Source of the DNA: Callorhinchus milii | Taxonomy: Eukaryota | Direction: 5' to 3' | DNA length: 64,000 bases | Assembly: GCF_018977255.1 (NCBI RefSeq) | Contig: NW_024704743.1 | Location: forward strand, 8,620,001 to 8,684,000 | Shown here: piece after piece, positions 1 through 13,757 of the stretch | Numbering within the stretch: position 1 is the stretch's first letter | Layout of the letters: each line of letters begins with the position of its first letter | Program-made: the position numbers and the translations under genes | Notes under the pieces: generated by a model | The model's input: only the letters and a program-made list of their open reading frames with translations | Told to the model about the DNA's origin: nothing | Databases searched by the model: none

Positions 1-1058
1 TGACAAATGACATTCTGACCGTCTGCGACCAGGGCTCCCTCTGCCTCCTTGTCCTCTCTACTGCTTTCGACACCATCGATCACTCTATTCTCGTCCACCG
101 CCTCTCCTCTCACCTCAACAGCCTTGTCCTTGATTGGTTCAGATCGTACCTCTCACACCATCTGCACTTCATCTCCCCAAACGGCTTCTCCTCTAGCCTC
201 CGCACCGTCTCGTGCAGCGTTCCTCAGGGCTTTGTTCTTGGTCCTCTCCTCTTCAATATCTATAAGCTCTCTCTTGATGACATTAACCACAGACATGGGG
301 TAATGTAATCTTTCACATGTATGCGGATGACACCCAACTCTCCCTCTCTGCCTCCACCCTTGACTCCAGGATCACTGCTGTGCTGACAGAATGTCTGTCA
401 GACATCAAGTTCTGGATGAAAGCTAACTTTCTTCAGTTGAACTTCAACAAGACCGAGGCTCTCCTGATTGGCTCCCGTCAGCGCTTCTTCATCTCAGTTC
501 CTGACAGCATCACCATCCATGGTTGCACATTCCACCTTGCTAAGCCACTCTGGAACCTTGGGGTCTTGTTTGACCCTCAAATATCCTCCGGCTCCGTGAC
601 TCTATCACCCCCATCCTTGCCCAACTCCACTGGCTTCCCATTACACAGAGGATACAGTTCAAGATCCTGGTCCTCACCTTCAAAGCCCTCCACGGCCTTG
701 CTCCCCCCTACCTCTCTGACCTCCTAACCCCTAGCACCCTGTTCGCTCCCTCCACTCAGTGGGCTCTGTCCTGCTTCATGGCTCCGCCTTGCTCGCACCA
801 CTATGGCAGGCGGGCAGGCCTTCTGCCACTCTGCCCCCACTCTCTGGAACTCCATTCTGCACGCCCTCTGTTTCGCCCCCTCCCTCGCCACCTTCAAGAC
901 GCAGCTCAAGATCCTCCTCTTCGACTGTGCTTTCGATCTCCCTGCTTTCCCCAATGCTATTCCCCCTTCCCCACCCTCAGCTTGGTTCTCAGTTTGTCCA
1001 GCAACTTGGGACGTCCACCCGACGTGAAAGGCGCTATACAAATGTAATTTTGTTGTTC
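1..1058 (+). mobile_element. L2-clade LINE 3' fragment (decayed RT)
   Basis: MYADDTQL...WMKANFLQLNFNKTE, LHWLP-type segment, APTLWNS, and 3' tail cttgggacgtcc...gtgaaaggcgctatacaaatgtaattttgttgtt. Confidence 0.9.
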
Positions 1059-1509
1059 TAGTAGTAGAGGACATCAATTTAAGATCATCATCACAAATTG
1101 CAATAGGAGAGATTGGGAGAATTGTTTTTGGGCGTGGACTCCTAGAACAAAACCTCTGGTTGAAGCAGAAATCTGCAATATGTTTTAAAAGGGAATTAAA
1201 CAAATATATTTCAAAAGAAAACATATAGAAGTATGTGTGAGTGGGGGGAGTGGGAAAAGCCAGGGGAATGGGACTTAACAGAGAGCAGCATTAGAGAGTC
1301 GGCACAGACAGGAAGGGCCGAATGGCCTCTTCCTGTGCTGTAACATTCCAGGAATTCCTTAAGCTAACTGTTTCTATGAGTTGTTTCCTGATGTGTTAAG
1401 TCCTATTCTTGTTATTTTATGACTATAATTTATATTTTGATAACTTATGATTCCATTGGGATAAAACCTCAAACTAACTTCAAATTGTGGTTCAAATTGT
1501 TGAAATAGA

Positions 1510-1845
1510 AAACACCAATAATAACAACAATAATCCTTACATTCGATACAGAGCCTTTCATGTCGGGAAGACATCTCAAAAGCGCTTCACAGGATTTTAC
1601 TGTAAAGTTGTAGTCACTGTGTATTTGTGTAAGGCAACTGCAACAAAGCAATTTGAGTACAACCTTGGCTCACAAATGGTCATGAAGCAAATGATTAATT
1701 TTATATGCAGGATTGTTGGTCAGGGCACAAGGAGAAACTCCCTTCTCTTTTCAAACAGTGACAAGGGATCTTTAAAGTCCACCTGAACAGGCAGATGGGA
1801 TCTCAGTTTTAACATCTCATCCGAAGCGCAGCACCTACAACAATA
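1510..1845 (-). mobile_element. Deu-domain SINE fragment
   Basis: Deu core and L2-type tail on the minus strand. Similar fragments at ~23370-23618, ~24820-25000, ~25850-26030, ~34985-35125 and ~63218-63335. Confidence 0.7.
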
Positions 1846-3699
1846 CGCGCTCTGCTAGCATTTTATTGTGTTTAACAGGGAATCTGATGCATACAGCAGG
1901 GAGAATGGAATAGAGAGTTAAGGGGGAGAGGAGTAGGAGGGGTGGAGCTTTATGTAAAACATAAACACTGGCATAGACTTTTTGAGCTGAATTGCCTATT
2001 CCATGCTGTAACAGTTTATGTAATGCTATATAAAGAATCCTATGGTCTGTGCAGTCACCTAGTGGAGAATTAGCAGAATTACAATCGCTTTCTTGACAGT
2101 TTTGTCCACCTTTAAGTATTTATGTATGTTAACCCCTAGGTCCCTCTGCTCTTCCACTCCTTTTAACCTTTTACGACCTAACATGTACAGTAATTGCTCA
2201 AAATGTTTTCTACTATTGGAAGCTTGAAACCTGAACTATTTTAAGACTTTGAAATTGATCGGTTGGTCTTGGTGCTCTCTGGGCCAAATGCTCCGAGATG
2301 CTGCCCAGCGTGGAGGGCACGACATAAGTACATGTTGTTGTTGGTGAAGTTGCAGACGGCCTCGTCCAGGCAAGGTTCTCTCAGTCAATGTAGCTTTGTT
2401 CATGTTGCATTGCATGACTCCGCTGAACCTGCTTGACCCAGAGACAGGAAGTGCTTTCTGGACTATACCCCAAGGTTTTAAAATACCATGGGATTTAATT
2501 ACCCCTCTGCTAGGTGGCTGCACAGACGCTCAGAAATAATCTTTGAAGTTAAATTAGTTGTACATCAGCGTACTTGCATACTTGTGAAACGCTTTGAGAA
2601 GTTGTGACTATGTGATAAGGCGCAATACCAAATGCATTCCACTCGGGACAGTGGGGCCAAAGGTCAGAGTGACACATTCTTCTACTATGTGCTCTACCGA
2701 TCACAAACTGTTACAATACATTCCTTAAAAATTCACGGGCTTATGGCTAACATCATATTGGGATGTGCTGTAACTGTGTTGGAATTAAAGTGCCTGTTGC
2801 CTTGAATTGATTTTCTGAACTTGTTTATGTAAAAATTTTCAGGTCAATAAAACCAGACAGGGTGCACATTACAAAGGCCAGACTGTTTGGCCTCAAGTCT
2901 GTTAATCTACTTCCTACAAGGACATTCATTATGAATAAATACTGAATGCATGTGGGTGCATGTTAACCAGCCACCGGTAAAGTAAACAAATTCCATGGTT
3001 AATTCCTCTGTGCCTCTGCTAAACTTCATGCCACCCATTAATGTACTTCCTGGGAGCGACAAAGCCTTAGGCAAGTTTCTTTACATCACACGCCTCTGTT
3101 TACCTAGCAGTGAGTAAGAACCCAGTTGTTAGTCGATTGGTGGATCACTTTCAGGGGGCAATAATCCCACCCACAAAAAAAATTGTTATTCAATCCACGA
3201 CTGTTTTGTGGGACACTGCTGAGTACAATTGGCTGCTGCGTTTCACCCACAAAATATACAGTCAATTCACTTTACAATATATTATGCATGCTGAACAGAT
3301 ATCAAATAGGTTGACCCTCAGTATAAAGTTAATCCAAACTATACTCTTTGTGTCATTTGTTTAAGACCAACGGAATTTTGACCATCCGAGACGGTGGATC
3401 TGCTCCTTTAAAGAAGGAAACATTATTTGCCGTGTGTCCCCCCTTTCCCCCCCATTATTTGCCATGTCCCACCTTCCCCCCCACACACATACCTACAGGG
3501 TGTGTTAGATTAAAGCCAACCCCTTTAACGTTGTTTCCCCTTTTTAAACAAATATAGATAAGCATTGTATAAAATTCAAGTATTAGGGATGTTTGAACCT
3601 CTCAGTGTCTATAGGTAAACAGAATGGCAATCTCATCAGTAACATACTATAAACAGGAAGTGGGTAACCAAGTGTAATCTTTTGTTCTCTGAACTTGGG

Positions 3700-5560
3700 G
3701 AGCAGGAATATTGACCTGAATTCCCAGTTCTTCTTTGAAGCGGGATCATTAATGTACACTGGAAGCACTGGAGCAAGCAGGTGGGACTTCAGGGTAACAT
3801 CTCAATCGAAGGAACTTATCTTCAACAATGGAGCCTCCTTTTCACATAATGATTGGAAGATACTAGGAGCATCAGTCCCACCGTGGCTCCTATCGGCACC
3901 TCAGGGTTGTGGTGGACACCAACTTCAGCCTGGACACTGTCCTGAAGGACTGTCATGAGAAGGGGTTAAGGGTGGTCTGGTCATGCTCATCCTTCTTCAA
4001 GGACAACAGGTCAAACTCGTGGCTTACAAGACCTGTGTGCAAACAGTCTTCCTTTCTGGATCTGAGCTCCTGGGGATGCAGCGGAGAGGCTTCCTCCAAC
4101 CCGTCTGCAAAATCCAGGATCAAGCAATAGGGTGGATTTGTGGTAAATATGGGAAGCGTCTTCAGGGAGGGAGAGCTCCGGCTTACACTGCCATGTCACT
4201 AAGCACCCTGGAGGCAGCACAGTCTATTTACCAAGTCCCTTCCCAAGCGGACCTGGATTGAGCAACTGGTGCTGAACAACCCGGTACTCGCCATTGGACT
4301 TGGACCTCAAGAACATCAAGATGGCTAGTATGTCACAAGCTGTCCTGTAAAGATTGCCCCACCTCACTGAAAGCAGGTGCCCGCCAGATAGCTGATGAGG
4401 AAACTCTGACACTTGGGGCGAGAGTTGCTGGAAGACATTAACTGGAGTCCGAGTTTTTGAACACTTTCTTACGTCTAGAGCCTGGAATCCACCTTGATTG
4501 GCCTGCAGGAAGATAAGCAGCTGCTGCTTGAATTCTGCACCTCCAATTGATGGAACCATCGCTCAACGGAAAGGAATATGTGCCCGAGCTATGGATAGGT
4601 GTCTTGTTTGACTCCTTGCTGTTCTTAAATCCCACATCGTGCTCTTACCCTCACCTCTGTAACACTACCTCTCCCCAGCTGGCTGCCAAGATCCTCACCC
4701 ACCATGCTGATACTCTGCTCGCCATTCTCCACATCTTTCCTCAACAGAGGCTGCAGATTACCCAGAACTCTGAATTTGTGTCCTTTCCTGTACTATACTC
4801 CACAAACTTATCACCCCCATCCTTGCTCAGCTCCATTGGCTCCTTAGTTCTTACAGAACTGAAAACCAATTTCGAAATTAAGATTATTTAAGAATTTGCC
4901 AAATTCTGGACAATCTAAAAGGCTATAGAAGTAGAGTAAAAATAGAGTCAGATGAAATTTGCTCAGGTAAAGCCAAACTTACACATTGGATACAATCCAA
5001 TGGTACATTTGATATGAACAGCATCCAAATGTGCTGGGGTCAGACTGCTCGACATCTAACTCAATGGTGACATCTTGTGGTCAGGTCTGTGGCACTAGAT
5101 AACCAGCTCACAGACAGCAGCTTTCAATTGTTTGTCAGTCAGTCAACACTAATCTCTGGGTGGGGTGGGGGGGAGGGGGATTAGTGGAATCTCCTTTGGG
5201 CCTGAGTTGCCTCCAAGATGACATGCCTGGCAATGATTGAGTAGATCCTCTGTGGCAGGTTCTTGAGCCAGGCAGGTCCGCAGTACTCCAAGGCATTGCT
5301 GATAACAGACCAACTATACTGACTCGTTGGCAGGACTTGGAAGGCAGAATGGGGAGCAGGGATTCTTCCCACTCAGCTTCTCTTAACTCTGCATGCCAAA
5401 GTCCTAATGGATAATGTGATCCTCGTTGCATAAGCAGTGGGATGCTTGCCAGATAGTGCTTCCAAAGTTTTATTATTTTAGTTGCTTAATCCCCAGCAGT
5501 ACTCCAATACACACTCTGGAGTGCCCAAGCCTTGGCCTTTGCCAACCTGCCTCTGATATT
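3700..5560 (+). mobile_element. Decayed non-LTR retrotransposon remnant of an unassigned family
   Basis: RT thumb-like fragments (YRHLRVVVDTNFSL; KLVAYKTCVQTVFLSGSE). Its 3' part (5300-5560) matches dispersed fragments at 29603, 30655, 43660 and 61800-62440. Interrupted by other repeats. Confidence 0.5.
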
Positions 5561-5929
5561 CTCTGGAATTAGTTAAATAGGATGAGTCAGTCAAGGAAGA
5601 GAATGCACATTCTATTCCAGGTACAAGGAAATTTCAATGTAGGTGTTATGCATATGTGAAACTCTCTGGTTTCTTAATAACAGCAACGATTTTATATTTG
5701 TATAATAAACCTTGCATTTGAGATAGCACCTTGTGAAATAATAATAATTTGGTCACTCAATTCACGACTCTTTGTGGGACACTGCTGTGTGCAATTGGCT
5801 GGGGCGTTTCATCCACAACCAAGGTTCTATAGAAGTTTGCCATAACTTCCCTGCTTTTTATTTCTATCCCTCTAGCAATGTCTGCTTTGCCTATTTTATG
5901 GATTGAACTGTGAACTGCAGTTGAGGAGT

Positions 5930-6260
5930 CCTGAGAAAGCGTGAGTGTGTGTTTGTGTGAAGGGGTGGGGCAGATGACCAAAAGCACGGTCAAAAAGAAT
6001 GGTCTTAACATGAGCTTTCAAAATGGGGAAGGAGGGGTTGAGGGACTCCAGAGAGCATGGGCAGAGTAGTTGAAAGCTTACCCATGTGGGATGTGTCAAG
6101 TAGGGGAGCTGTGGCAGGCTGGTGTTCTCTGAGAGGAGGAAGTAGCCTGGGTGGTAGGTTATGGGAGATCACAGAGGGAGGCCATGAATGCGAGGACAAG
6201 GATCTTAAATTCGATTCACTGGGGAGCCAGTGGGGCTGAACAAGGATGGGGGTGATAGAT
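5930..6260 (-). mobile_element. Old L2 3' fragment
   Basis: Similar to the LHWLP / FKIL / KTILFDRAF region of the other L2 copies. Confidence 0.6.
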
Positions 6261-7789
6261 TAACAGCTTGGAATGGCTTCAGAGCGATGTTGCAGAGGGC
6301 CGAGAAAGCATGGTGATGGGTTTCTGCACCCAGCCGACCACAAGAAAAGTCAGCGGGTACCGACACTAACTTTTTACTGAGCCAAAGCTCAGAGTAGCCA
6401 GAACCAGCAGTTGAAAATCCAATTCTATAGTTTTTATTTTTGAATTAAGAAATCGATTTGAGAGTTTTCCAATTGACCAGCAGATGGCAAAATAAACACA
6501 AATAATAGCACTGGGTTCAACACTTGTTTTTTTTAATATGGATTTGTTCATATATTAAGGTTTTATTTTCATTGTTGTTAAAGCAGGCTGGGCAATATAG
6601 CCTGGATTGAATTATGCTTCTATTTCGTCACTCCCCCAAATGGTTCTTGAAAATCAACAGCTTACAACATGGACATGCAATGACTACGGCAAGGAAATGG
6701 CTTACATCAAAGTCAACAAAGCACTTTAAGCACTTCCTTAAGACAATGAAATTTCAAATATAAAATATAATTTTATGAATATTAAATATAAAATGAAACA
6801 AGAGTTTCACATACGCATAACACCTACATTGAAATTTGCTTTATATACACTTTACATTTAAACTTATATTTAAATTTCACTTTGCAGGGGAGGAAAGGAG
6901 GAATAACTTCACCGCCCAGAATAACATTGATTCATTCAAACCAGGTTAATGGTTTGCAGTCTTGCAAATGAACAGCCTACTCATCCGATTGTTTGCAAGA
7001 CATTGTTAGCTTTTGCATTTGACTAAATAACATTGAATTCATTTTAATTAATTGTATTTTGTAAAGTGCTTTGAGATAAAATAATAATTCTCACATTTGA
7101 TATAGCGTCTTATCATGTGGTTGATGTCTCAAAGTGCTTCACAGAATATATGTTTATTTTACGTGAAAGGCGCTACCGGGGCACTAAAGGAGCTCTCAGT
7201 GGTTTGGTTTGGGGTATTAAGCGTGATGAGGGAGTTCCGCGTATGTCAGATACTGGCTGACAAAAAAAAAATCCTACTCTAGTGACTCAACAATTAGAAC
7301 AGTAACAAGTAGGACAAACAAGTACTGTGTCCATGTTCACTGAAATCAATCACCAGCTTTGGTTTGAAACTCATGGGTTTCAAACGGTTATTTATTTCGC
7401 TTTGGCACCTTATCTAACAGCAGAGTGCAATGCGGAAAAATAAGGAGAAAAACCAAATTGAGGCTCAAACCAATTCTGTCTGCGTCTGGTTACAGCCTGT
7501 CAGTTTGAATTTTATTTGTTTAAAATGGCAATCGATACACTAATCTGATCTGAGTCTCTATTACTGACAGCGCATATTGAAGTTAGACCCAGTGTCACCC
7601 CGATGGCGGTTACAATTCGACTGATTTCTGGCTTCTGGGTCATATCTGTCGCTGAGGACTATTGGAGCAGAGAGATTGCAAACCATCACTCTGGAAAACA
7701 ATAACAGGTAACAGGTCAAAACACAAGGAGGAAATAAGCCCAGCTATGACTTGTTTGATCTCTCTGTGGGGAATGGTACCTGCAGAGGT

Positions 7790-8205
7790 CGCCGTGTTAG
7801 ACTGATTGAGTTAGTAGCACTCTCACCTCTGAGTCAGAAGGTCATAGGTTTAAGCCCCACTTCAAGACTTTGAACTCACTTCAGTGCAGGCCTGGGGGAG
7901 CACTACATTGTTGGATATGCCATCCTTCAGATGAAATGTTAAACCAAGGTCCTGCCTAACTGTTCAGGTGGATGTTAAGAACCCATGGCACTATTTGAAA
8001 AAAAGAAGAGTTTCACCCAGTGTTCTTTCTAACAATTCCCCAAATAAAATTGGTCATTCACTCCTGGCTGTTTGTGGGACATTGCTGTGTACAATTACCA
8101 AATCAATACAAAATACCAAGTCAATACACTTTACAGTAAATCTTGTGAAGTGCTTTGAGACTCTCTGACATGAAAGTTGTTATATCAAATGCAACAATTA
8201 TTATT
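7790..8205 (+). mobile_element. Deu-domain SINE (SacSINE1/AmnSINE-like), near full length
   Basis: tRNA-like head (agcactctcacctctgagtcagaagg...), Deu core (gatgaaatgttaaaccaagg...ggtggatgttaagaacccatggcactattt...gtttgtgggacattgctgtg) and an L2-type tail. Confidence 0.8.
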
Positions 8206-9147
8206 TGCTGGCCCTCAGACAATGATAAATGTTTTTAATAAGCCACAAGGGATTTGTATAAATATTTTATGAAGCAAAGACGACAGATTTTCCAAAAAAA
8301 TAAACTTGTGGTCTTCAATCCCCATCGTGAAAGATTTCTCTTAAAGACAGTAATGTTATTTTGCCTATTAATGTGTTTTCTAAATTGTGCTCAACAAAGG
8401 TGAGGGCTGTTAGGTAGACAATGGAAGCAGAAAGTGTTGATTCTTTTAAGAACAATTTAGATGGATTTCTGTTAGGAAATAATATCTCGGGATATAATAT
8501 ATAGTTTGGGACATGGGATGTCATGCGACTGCCAGGATGTTTGAAGGCGAACTGGATAGACCTTGGTCTTCTTTCACCCAGCAAATTCTTATGTTTTTAT
8601 GTCAGCCCTGGGAAATGGAACATTTTATCGTGCAACACAGTCATCAGGTACTCCCTGGTCAGTTTATTGTAGGGTAGGCGCAGAGTAAAGCTTCTTTTGC
8701 AGTGTGATAAAAAGCCATTTATCCTTGACTAAACCAGTGTAAATTGTTTTACTTTCACACTGAGAATCCTTAAACCCTCTCTAGGTGAGATCAACAGTTT
8801 GTATGGATTATGGGCAGTTCTGATCCAGCACAGAGATATTCATGTTAGTCAGACTGGATTTGAAAATAGGTTGCAGAGCTTAAAGGACAACATACAAACA
8901 TAGGAAATGCTTTCCAGTCTTCCAAATTGGGGGCATATTTGTGACATTTGAAATAGATTGAATGTAATTAAATCTCTTGTGAAATGTCGCAGATTTACTC
9001 CAATCATTTTTTTTTAAAATCCCTGAACTTTCTGCTCCTTGCTAGTTTATTGGTCTCTGCAAATTCCTTCTTTTTTTTTAATGTAGTAGTTGCAGAGTCT
9101 ATTAGTGACTGTGATTTGCACAAGCTCCATACTGATTCCTTATCTTG

Positions 9148-12100
9148 TAGAACAGCAAATTGGTACAGGAATAAGAAAATTAGAGAGTTAAATGCATGGC
9201 TGAGGGAGTGGTGCGGAACGCAGGGGTTTCATTTTATGGGCCACTGGCACCAGTATTGGGAGAAAAGGGGTCTATTTCAAAAAGATGGGCTCCACGTAAA
9301 TCGGGCTGGGACAAATGTCCTAGCAAACCGAATACATAGAGAGGTAAATAAAGCTTTAAACTAGTAAGTGGGGGGGGGGGGGGGATACAATTAGAAATAA
9401 TGGCAAGCCAGCAATATTAAAAAAAACTAAAGGTGGCAGAACAGAATAGCGAGAGAGATAAACAGAATAGGTCAAAGAGGGGTAAGAAGCTCAGTAAAGA
9501 AGATAGGGCATCAGAGAGTAGGGGAAATGGTAAGAAATTAAAATCGCTATATCTGAATGCACGAAGCATTTGGAATAAGATAGATGAATTAAAGACACAG
9601 ATAGGTACAAACAGCTATGATCTAGTAGCCATTACTGAGACATGGTTACAGGGAGATCAAGGGTGGGAGTTAAATATTCCGGGGTTTTCAGCTTATAGAA
9701 AGGAAAGACAATGTGGAAAATGAGGTGGTGGAGTAGCCTTGTTAATAAAGGATGGAATAAAAACAGTAGAGAGGAAGGATTTCAAATCAGATAACCAGGA
9801 TGTAGAGATGGTATGGGTAGAATTATGAAATAACAAGGGGCAGAAAACATTAGTGGGAGTAGTTTATAAACCCCCAAACAGTGATCACAGCAGGGTATTA
9901 GTCAAGAAATTAGAGGAGCATGTAGCAAAGTTAATACAATAATAGTGGGTGATTTCAATCTTCACATAATTGGGAAAACCAAATCGGCAAAAGTAGGGTA
10001 GAGGAGGAGTTTATAGAATGTATGACAGATAGCTTTCAGGAGCAGTATGCTGAGGAACCAAGTAGGGGACAGGCCATCCAAGACCTTGTTTTGTGTAATG
10101 AAACAGGGCTAGACGGGAATATAGATATTAAGGCTCCTCTAGGGCAGAGTGATAGAATTTAGAATTAAGTTAGAGAGCAATGGAGTCAAATCCGAAGAAA
10201 GGGTCTTAAATTTAAATAAAGCTAACTGTGCAGGTATGAGGGAAGAATTAGCTAAAATAGACTGGGAAATTAGATTAATGGATATGATAATAGACCAACA
10301 ATGGCAAACGTTTAAAGATGTAGTGCAAAATTCTCAGCGGTCACATATTCCCTTGAGGATAAGAGTACCACAGGAAAAGCAGTTCATCCGTAGCTAACTG
10401 GAGCAGTTAGAGAAAGTATAAAACTAAAAGAAAAGGCCTATAAAACTGCCAAAAAGAGTAGCAAACCTGAGGACTGGGAGTGTTTTAGGGACCAACAAAG
10501 GAAAACCAAAAAGCTCATTAAGAGTGAGAAAATGGATTATGAGGGCAAGCTAGCTAGGGACATTAAGACAGATTGTAAGAGTTTGTATAAATACATTAAG
10601 AGGAATAGGCTAGCAAAAGTAAATGTGGGTCCATTACAGGTAGAGACAAGAGGAATTATAATGGGGGACAAGGATATGGCAGAGTCCCTAAATAAATACT
10701 TTACTTCTGTCTTCACGTTAGAAGACACAAAAGTTTACCAGAAATAGAGATGAACCAAAGGACTAATGATAGGGAGCAACTTAGGGAAATTTACATTAGC
10801 AAAAAATTGATGCTAGGGAAATTGTTGGCATTAAAAAGTGACAAGTCCCCTGGACTTGATGGTTTGCATCCTAGGGTTTTAAAAGAGGTAGCTCATGAGA
10901 TAGTGGAGGCCTTGTGTCTGATCTTCCAAAATTCTTTGGATTCTGGAACAGTTCCCATTGATTGGAAGATCGCAAATGTCACACCACTATTTAAGAAGGG
11001 TGGGAGAGAAAAGATGGGGAACTATAGACCAGTTAGTCTGACATCGGTGGTAGGGAAAATTCTAGAATCCTTAATTAAGGATGTCGTAGTGGGATACTTA
11101 GAGGATCACAATATGATTAGACAGAGTCAACATGGCTTTACAAAAGGGAAGTCATGCTTAACAAATCTTTTAGATTTTTTTGAGGACATATCAAGTAGAT
11201 TAGATAGGGGGGAATCAGTGGATGTAGTGTATTTAGATTTCCAAAAGGCATTCGATAAGGTGCCGCATAAAAGGTTGATTAACAAGATTAGGGCCCATGG
11301 AATTAAGGTGAATATATCAGCATGGATTGAAGAATGGCTACCGGGAAGAAAACAAAGAGTAGGGATAAACAGATCCTTCTCAGATTGGTGGGATGTGACT
11401 AGTGGAGTGCCACAAGGATCAGTGCTTGGGCCTCAACTATTTACAATCTACATCAACGATCTAGATGAGGACATCGAACTTAATATATCCAAATTTGCGG
11501 AATAACACTAAACTAGGAGGGAGAGTAAACACCGAGGATGACATTAAAAAAATGCAACGAGATATAGATAGGCTAGGTGAGTGGGCAAATAGGTGGCAGA
11601 TGAAGTATAATGTAGGGAAGTGTGAGGTCATCCACCTAGGTGGCAAAAACAGTAGAGCAGATTATTTTTTAGAAGGGGAGAGACTAGATAGTGTTAGCGT
11701 TCAGAGGGACTTGGGTGTCCTTGTACACCAGTCACAAAAAGTTAGTTTGCAGGTACAGCAAGCAATTAGGAAGGCTAACGGTATGTTGGCATTTGTTACA
11801 AAAGGGTTAGAATATAAGAGTAGGGAAGTCTTGCTGCAACTGTATAGGGCCCTGGTGAGACCACACCTCGAGTATTGTGTGCAGTTTTGGTCTTCTTATT
11901 TAAGAAAGGATGTACTCGCCTTGGAGGGGGTACAACGTAGATTCACTAGGTTAGAACCAGGGATGAGGGGGATGAGTTATGAGGATAGGTTGAGCAATTT
12001 AGGCCTATATTCTTTAGAATATAGAAGAATAAGAGGTGATCTTATAGAAACCTATAAGATTATTAAGGGGCACGACAGAATAGATAGTGGGAGACTTTTT

Positions 12101-12413
12101 CCCCTGTTTGGAAAAACTATAACCAGGGGTCACAGTCTTAAAATTCAGGGTAAGCCCTTTCGCACTGAGTTGAGGAAAAACTTCTTCACTCAGAGGGTAG
12201 TGAATTTATGGAATTCTCTACCCCAAAGGCTGCAGATGCTCAGCCCTTGAACATATTCAAGACTGAGATTAATAGATTTCTTGTAGATAAAGGGATTAAG
12301 GGATATGGGGATAAGGCGGGTAGGTGGAGGTAGAGTAGATCAGCCATGATTTTATTGAATGCTGGGGCAGGCTCGAGAGGCCGAATGGCCTACTCCTGCT
12401 CCTAATTCTTATG
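9148..12413 (+). mobile_element. CR1-clade LINE, 5'-truncated and inactivated (end of ORF1 esterase plus ORF2 APE-RT and 3' tail)
   Basis: ORF1 SGNH-esterase remnant (...FQKDGLHVNRAG...), APE motifs (YLNARSI, AITETWL), RT motifs ([31 protein letters not shown]) and C-terminal LVRPHLEYCVQFWS. Has stops and frameshifts, including one at FADD (~11500). Tail gaatggcctactcctgctcctaattcttatgt. Confidence 0.95.
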
Positions 12414-12540
12414 TACCAGCAGTGGCACAGTTTATGTCTGTTTTGTGGATGTTGAAGATCCTATCACACCATTCAAAAAGAAAAGGGAATTTGTCCTGCT
12501 AAACAACAACAAAACTACATTTGTATAGTGCCTCCAAGCA

Positions 12541-12957
12541 TGTCCTAGGAGAGTTAGGCTGCTCAGTGTGGGTCTTGACGTGTGCTAGGGGAGTTAGGCT
12601 GCTCAGTGTTGGTGTTGGCATGTGCTAGGGGAGTTAGGCTGCTCAGTGTTGGTGTTGGCATGTGCTAGGGGAGTTAGGCTGCTCAGTGTTGGTGTTGGTG
12701 TTGGCGTGTGCTAGGGGAGTTAGCCTGCTCAGTGTTGGTGTGTGCTAGGAGAGTTAGGCTGCTCAGTGTTGGTGTTGGCGTGTGCTAGGGGAGTTAGGCT
12801 GCTCAGTGTTGGTGTTGGCGTGTGCTAGGGGAGTAAGGCTGCTCAGTGTTGGTGTTGGCATGTGGTAGGGGAGTTAGGCTGCTCAGTGTTGGTGTTGGCG
12901 TGTGCTAGGGGAGTTAGGCTGCTCAGTGTTGGTGTTGGCGTGTGCTAGGAGAGTTTG
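12541..12957. repeat. Minisatellite, ~10.4 copies of a 40-bp unit
   Basis: Unit tgtgctaggggagttaggctgctcagtgttggtgttggc(g/a); one 46-bp and one 34-bp variant. Confidence 0.97.
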
Positions 12958-13324
12958 GCAGGCGGAGTCTACAATTGGAGCCACAGAAATTTTTTAAATA
13001 ATTTTTGGTGTTTCAAGCCTGATCGAGCTGGGAGTGAATTCCGGATACCCAGAATCTGGTAAGCAAAGGGTTTACTGTATTTTGCAGTGAATACAGTAGC
13101 CAGTCTACACACAGCAATATCCCACAAACAGCCATGAAGTGACTTGACCTTTTTGTTACCTTGATACCAAGACACTGGGAGAAACACTGCTCTTTTCAAC
13201 TAGTACCATGGGATGTTTTAACCTGAACTGGCAGACGAGTTCTTCGTTTAACGTTTCATCTGAAGCATCTTCAACAATACAACGTTTCCCTAGCACTGTA
13301 TTGGAGTGTCAGCCTAAATCAAAA

Positions 13325-13757
13325 AATCCTTGCATTTGTATAGTGTCTTATCATGTCATCGAGACATCTCAAAGCGCTTCACAGAATATAATGTAAAGTG
13401 GATTGACTGTGTATTTTGTGGGAGAAACGCAGCAACCAGTTACGCATAGCAGTGACCCACAAGCAGCCGTGGAGTGAGTGACTTTTTTTAATATTTGGGG
13501 GATTGTTGGCCTGGACATTAGGAGAAACTCCCTTCTCTTTTCGAATAATGCCATGGAATCTTGAACATCCACCTGAACAAGCAGATGGGACCTCGGTTTA
13601 ACGTCACATCAAAAGGATGGCACCTCCAGCAATGCAACACTCCCCCAGCACTACATTGGGAAGTCAGCTTAGATGATGTGATTCCAAATCTCGATGTGGA
13701 GCTTAAATCCACAACCTTCGGACTCAGAGACGAGAGTGCTATTTCTGAGCCAAGCTG
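13325..13757 (-). mobile_element. Deu-domain SINE, near full length
   Basis: Reverse complement is colinear with 7790-8205. A second partial copy lies immediately left at ~13075-13317. Confidence 0.8.

Noticed and set aside
10750..12250. Functional reverse transcriptase gene (251 aa and 261 aa ORFs)
   Set aside because: Pieces of a CR1 ORF2 broken by a frameshift at the catalytic FADD motif and by upstream stops.
12541..12957. CRISPR-like array
   Set aside because: Head-to-tail repeats with no unique spacers, no cas genes and a vertebrate context; it is a minisatellite.
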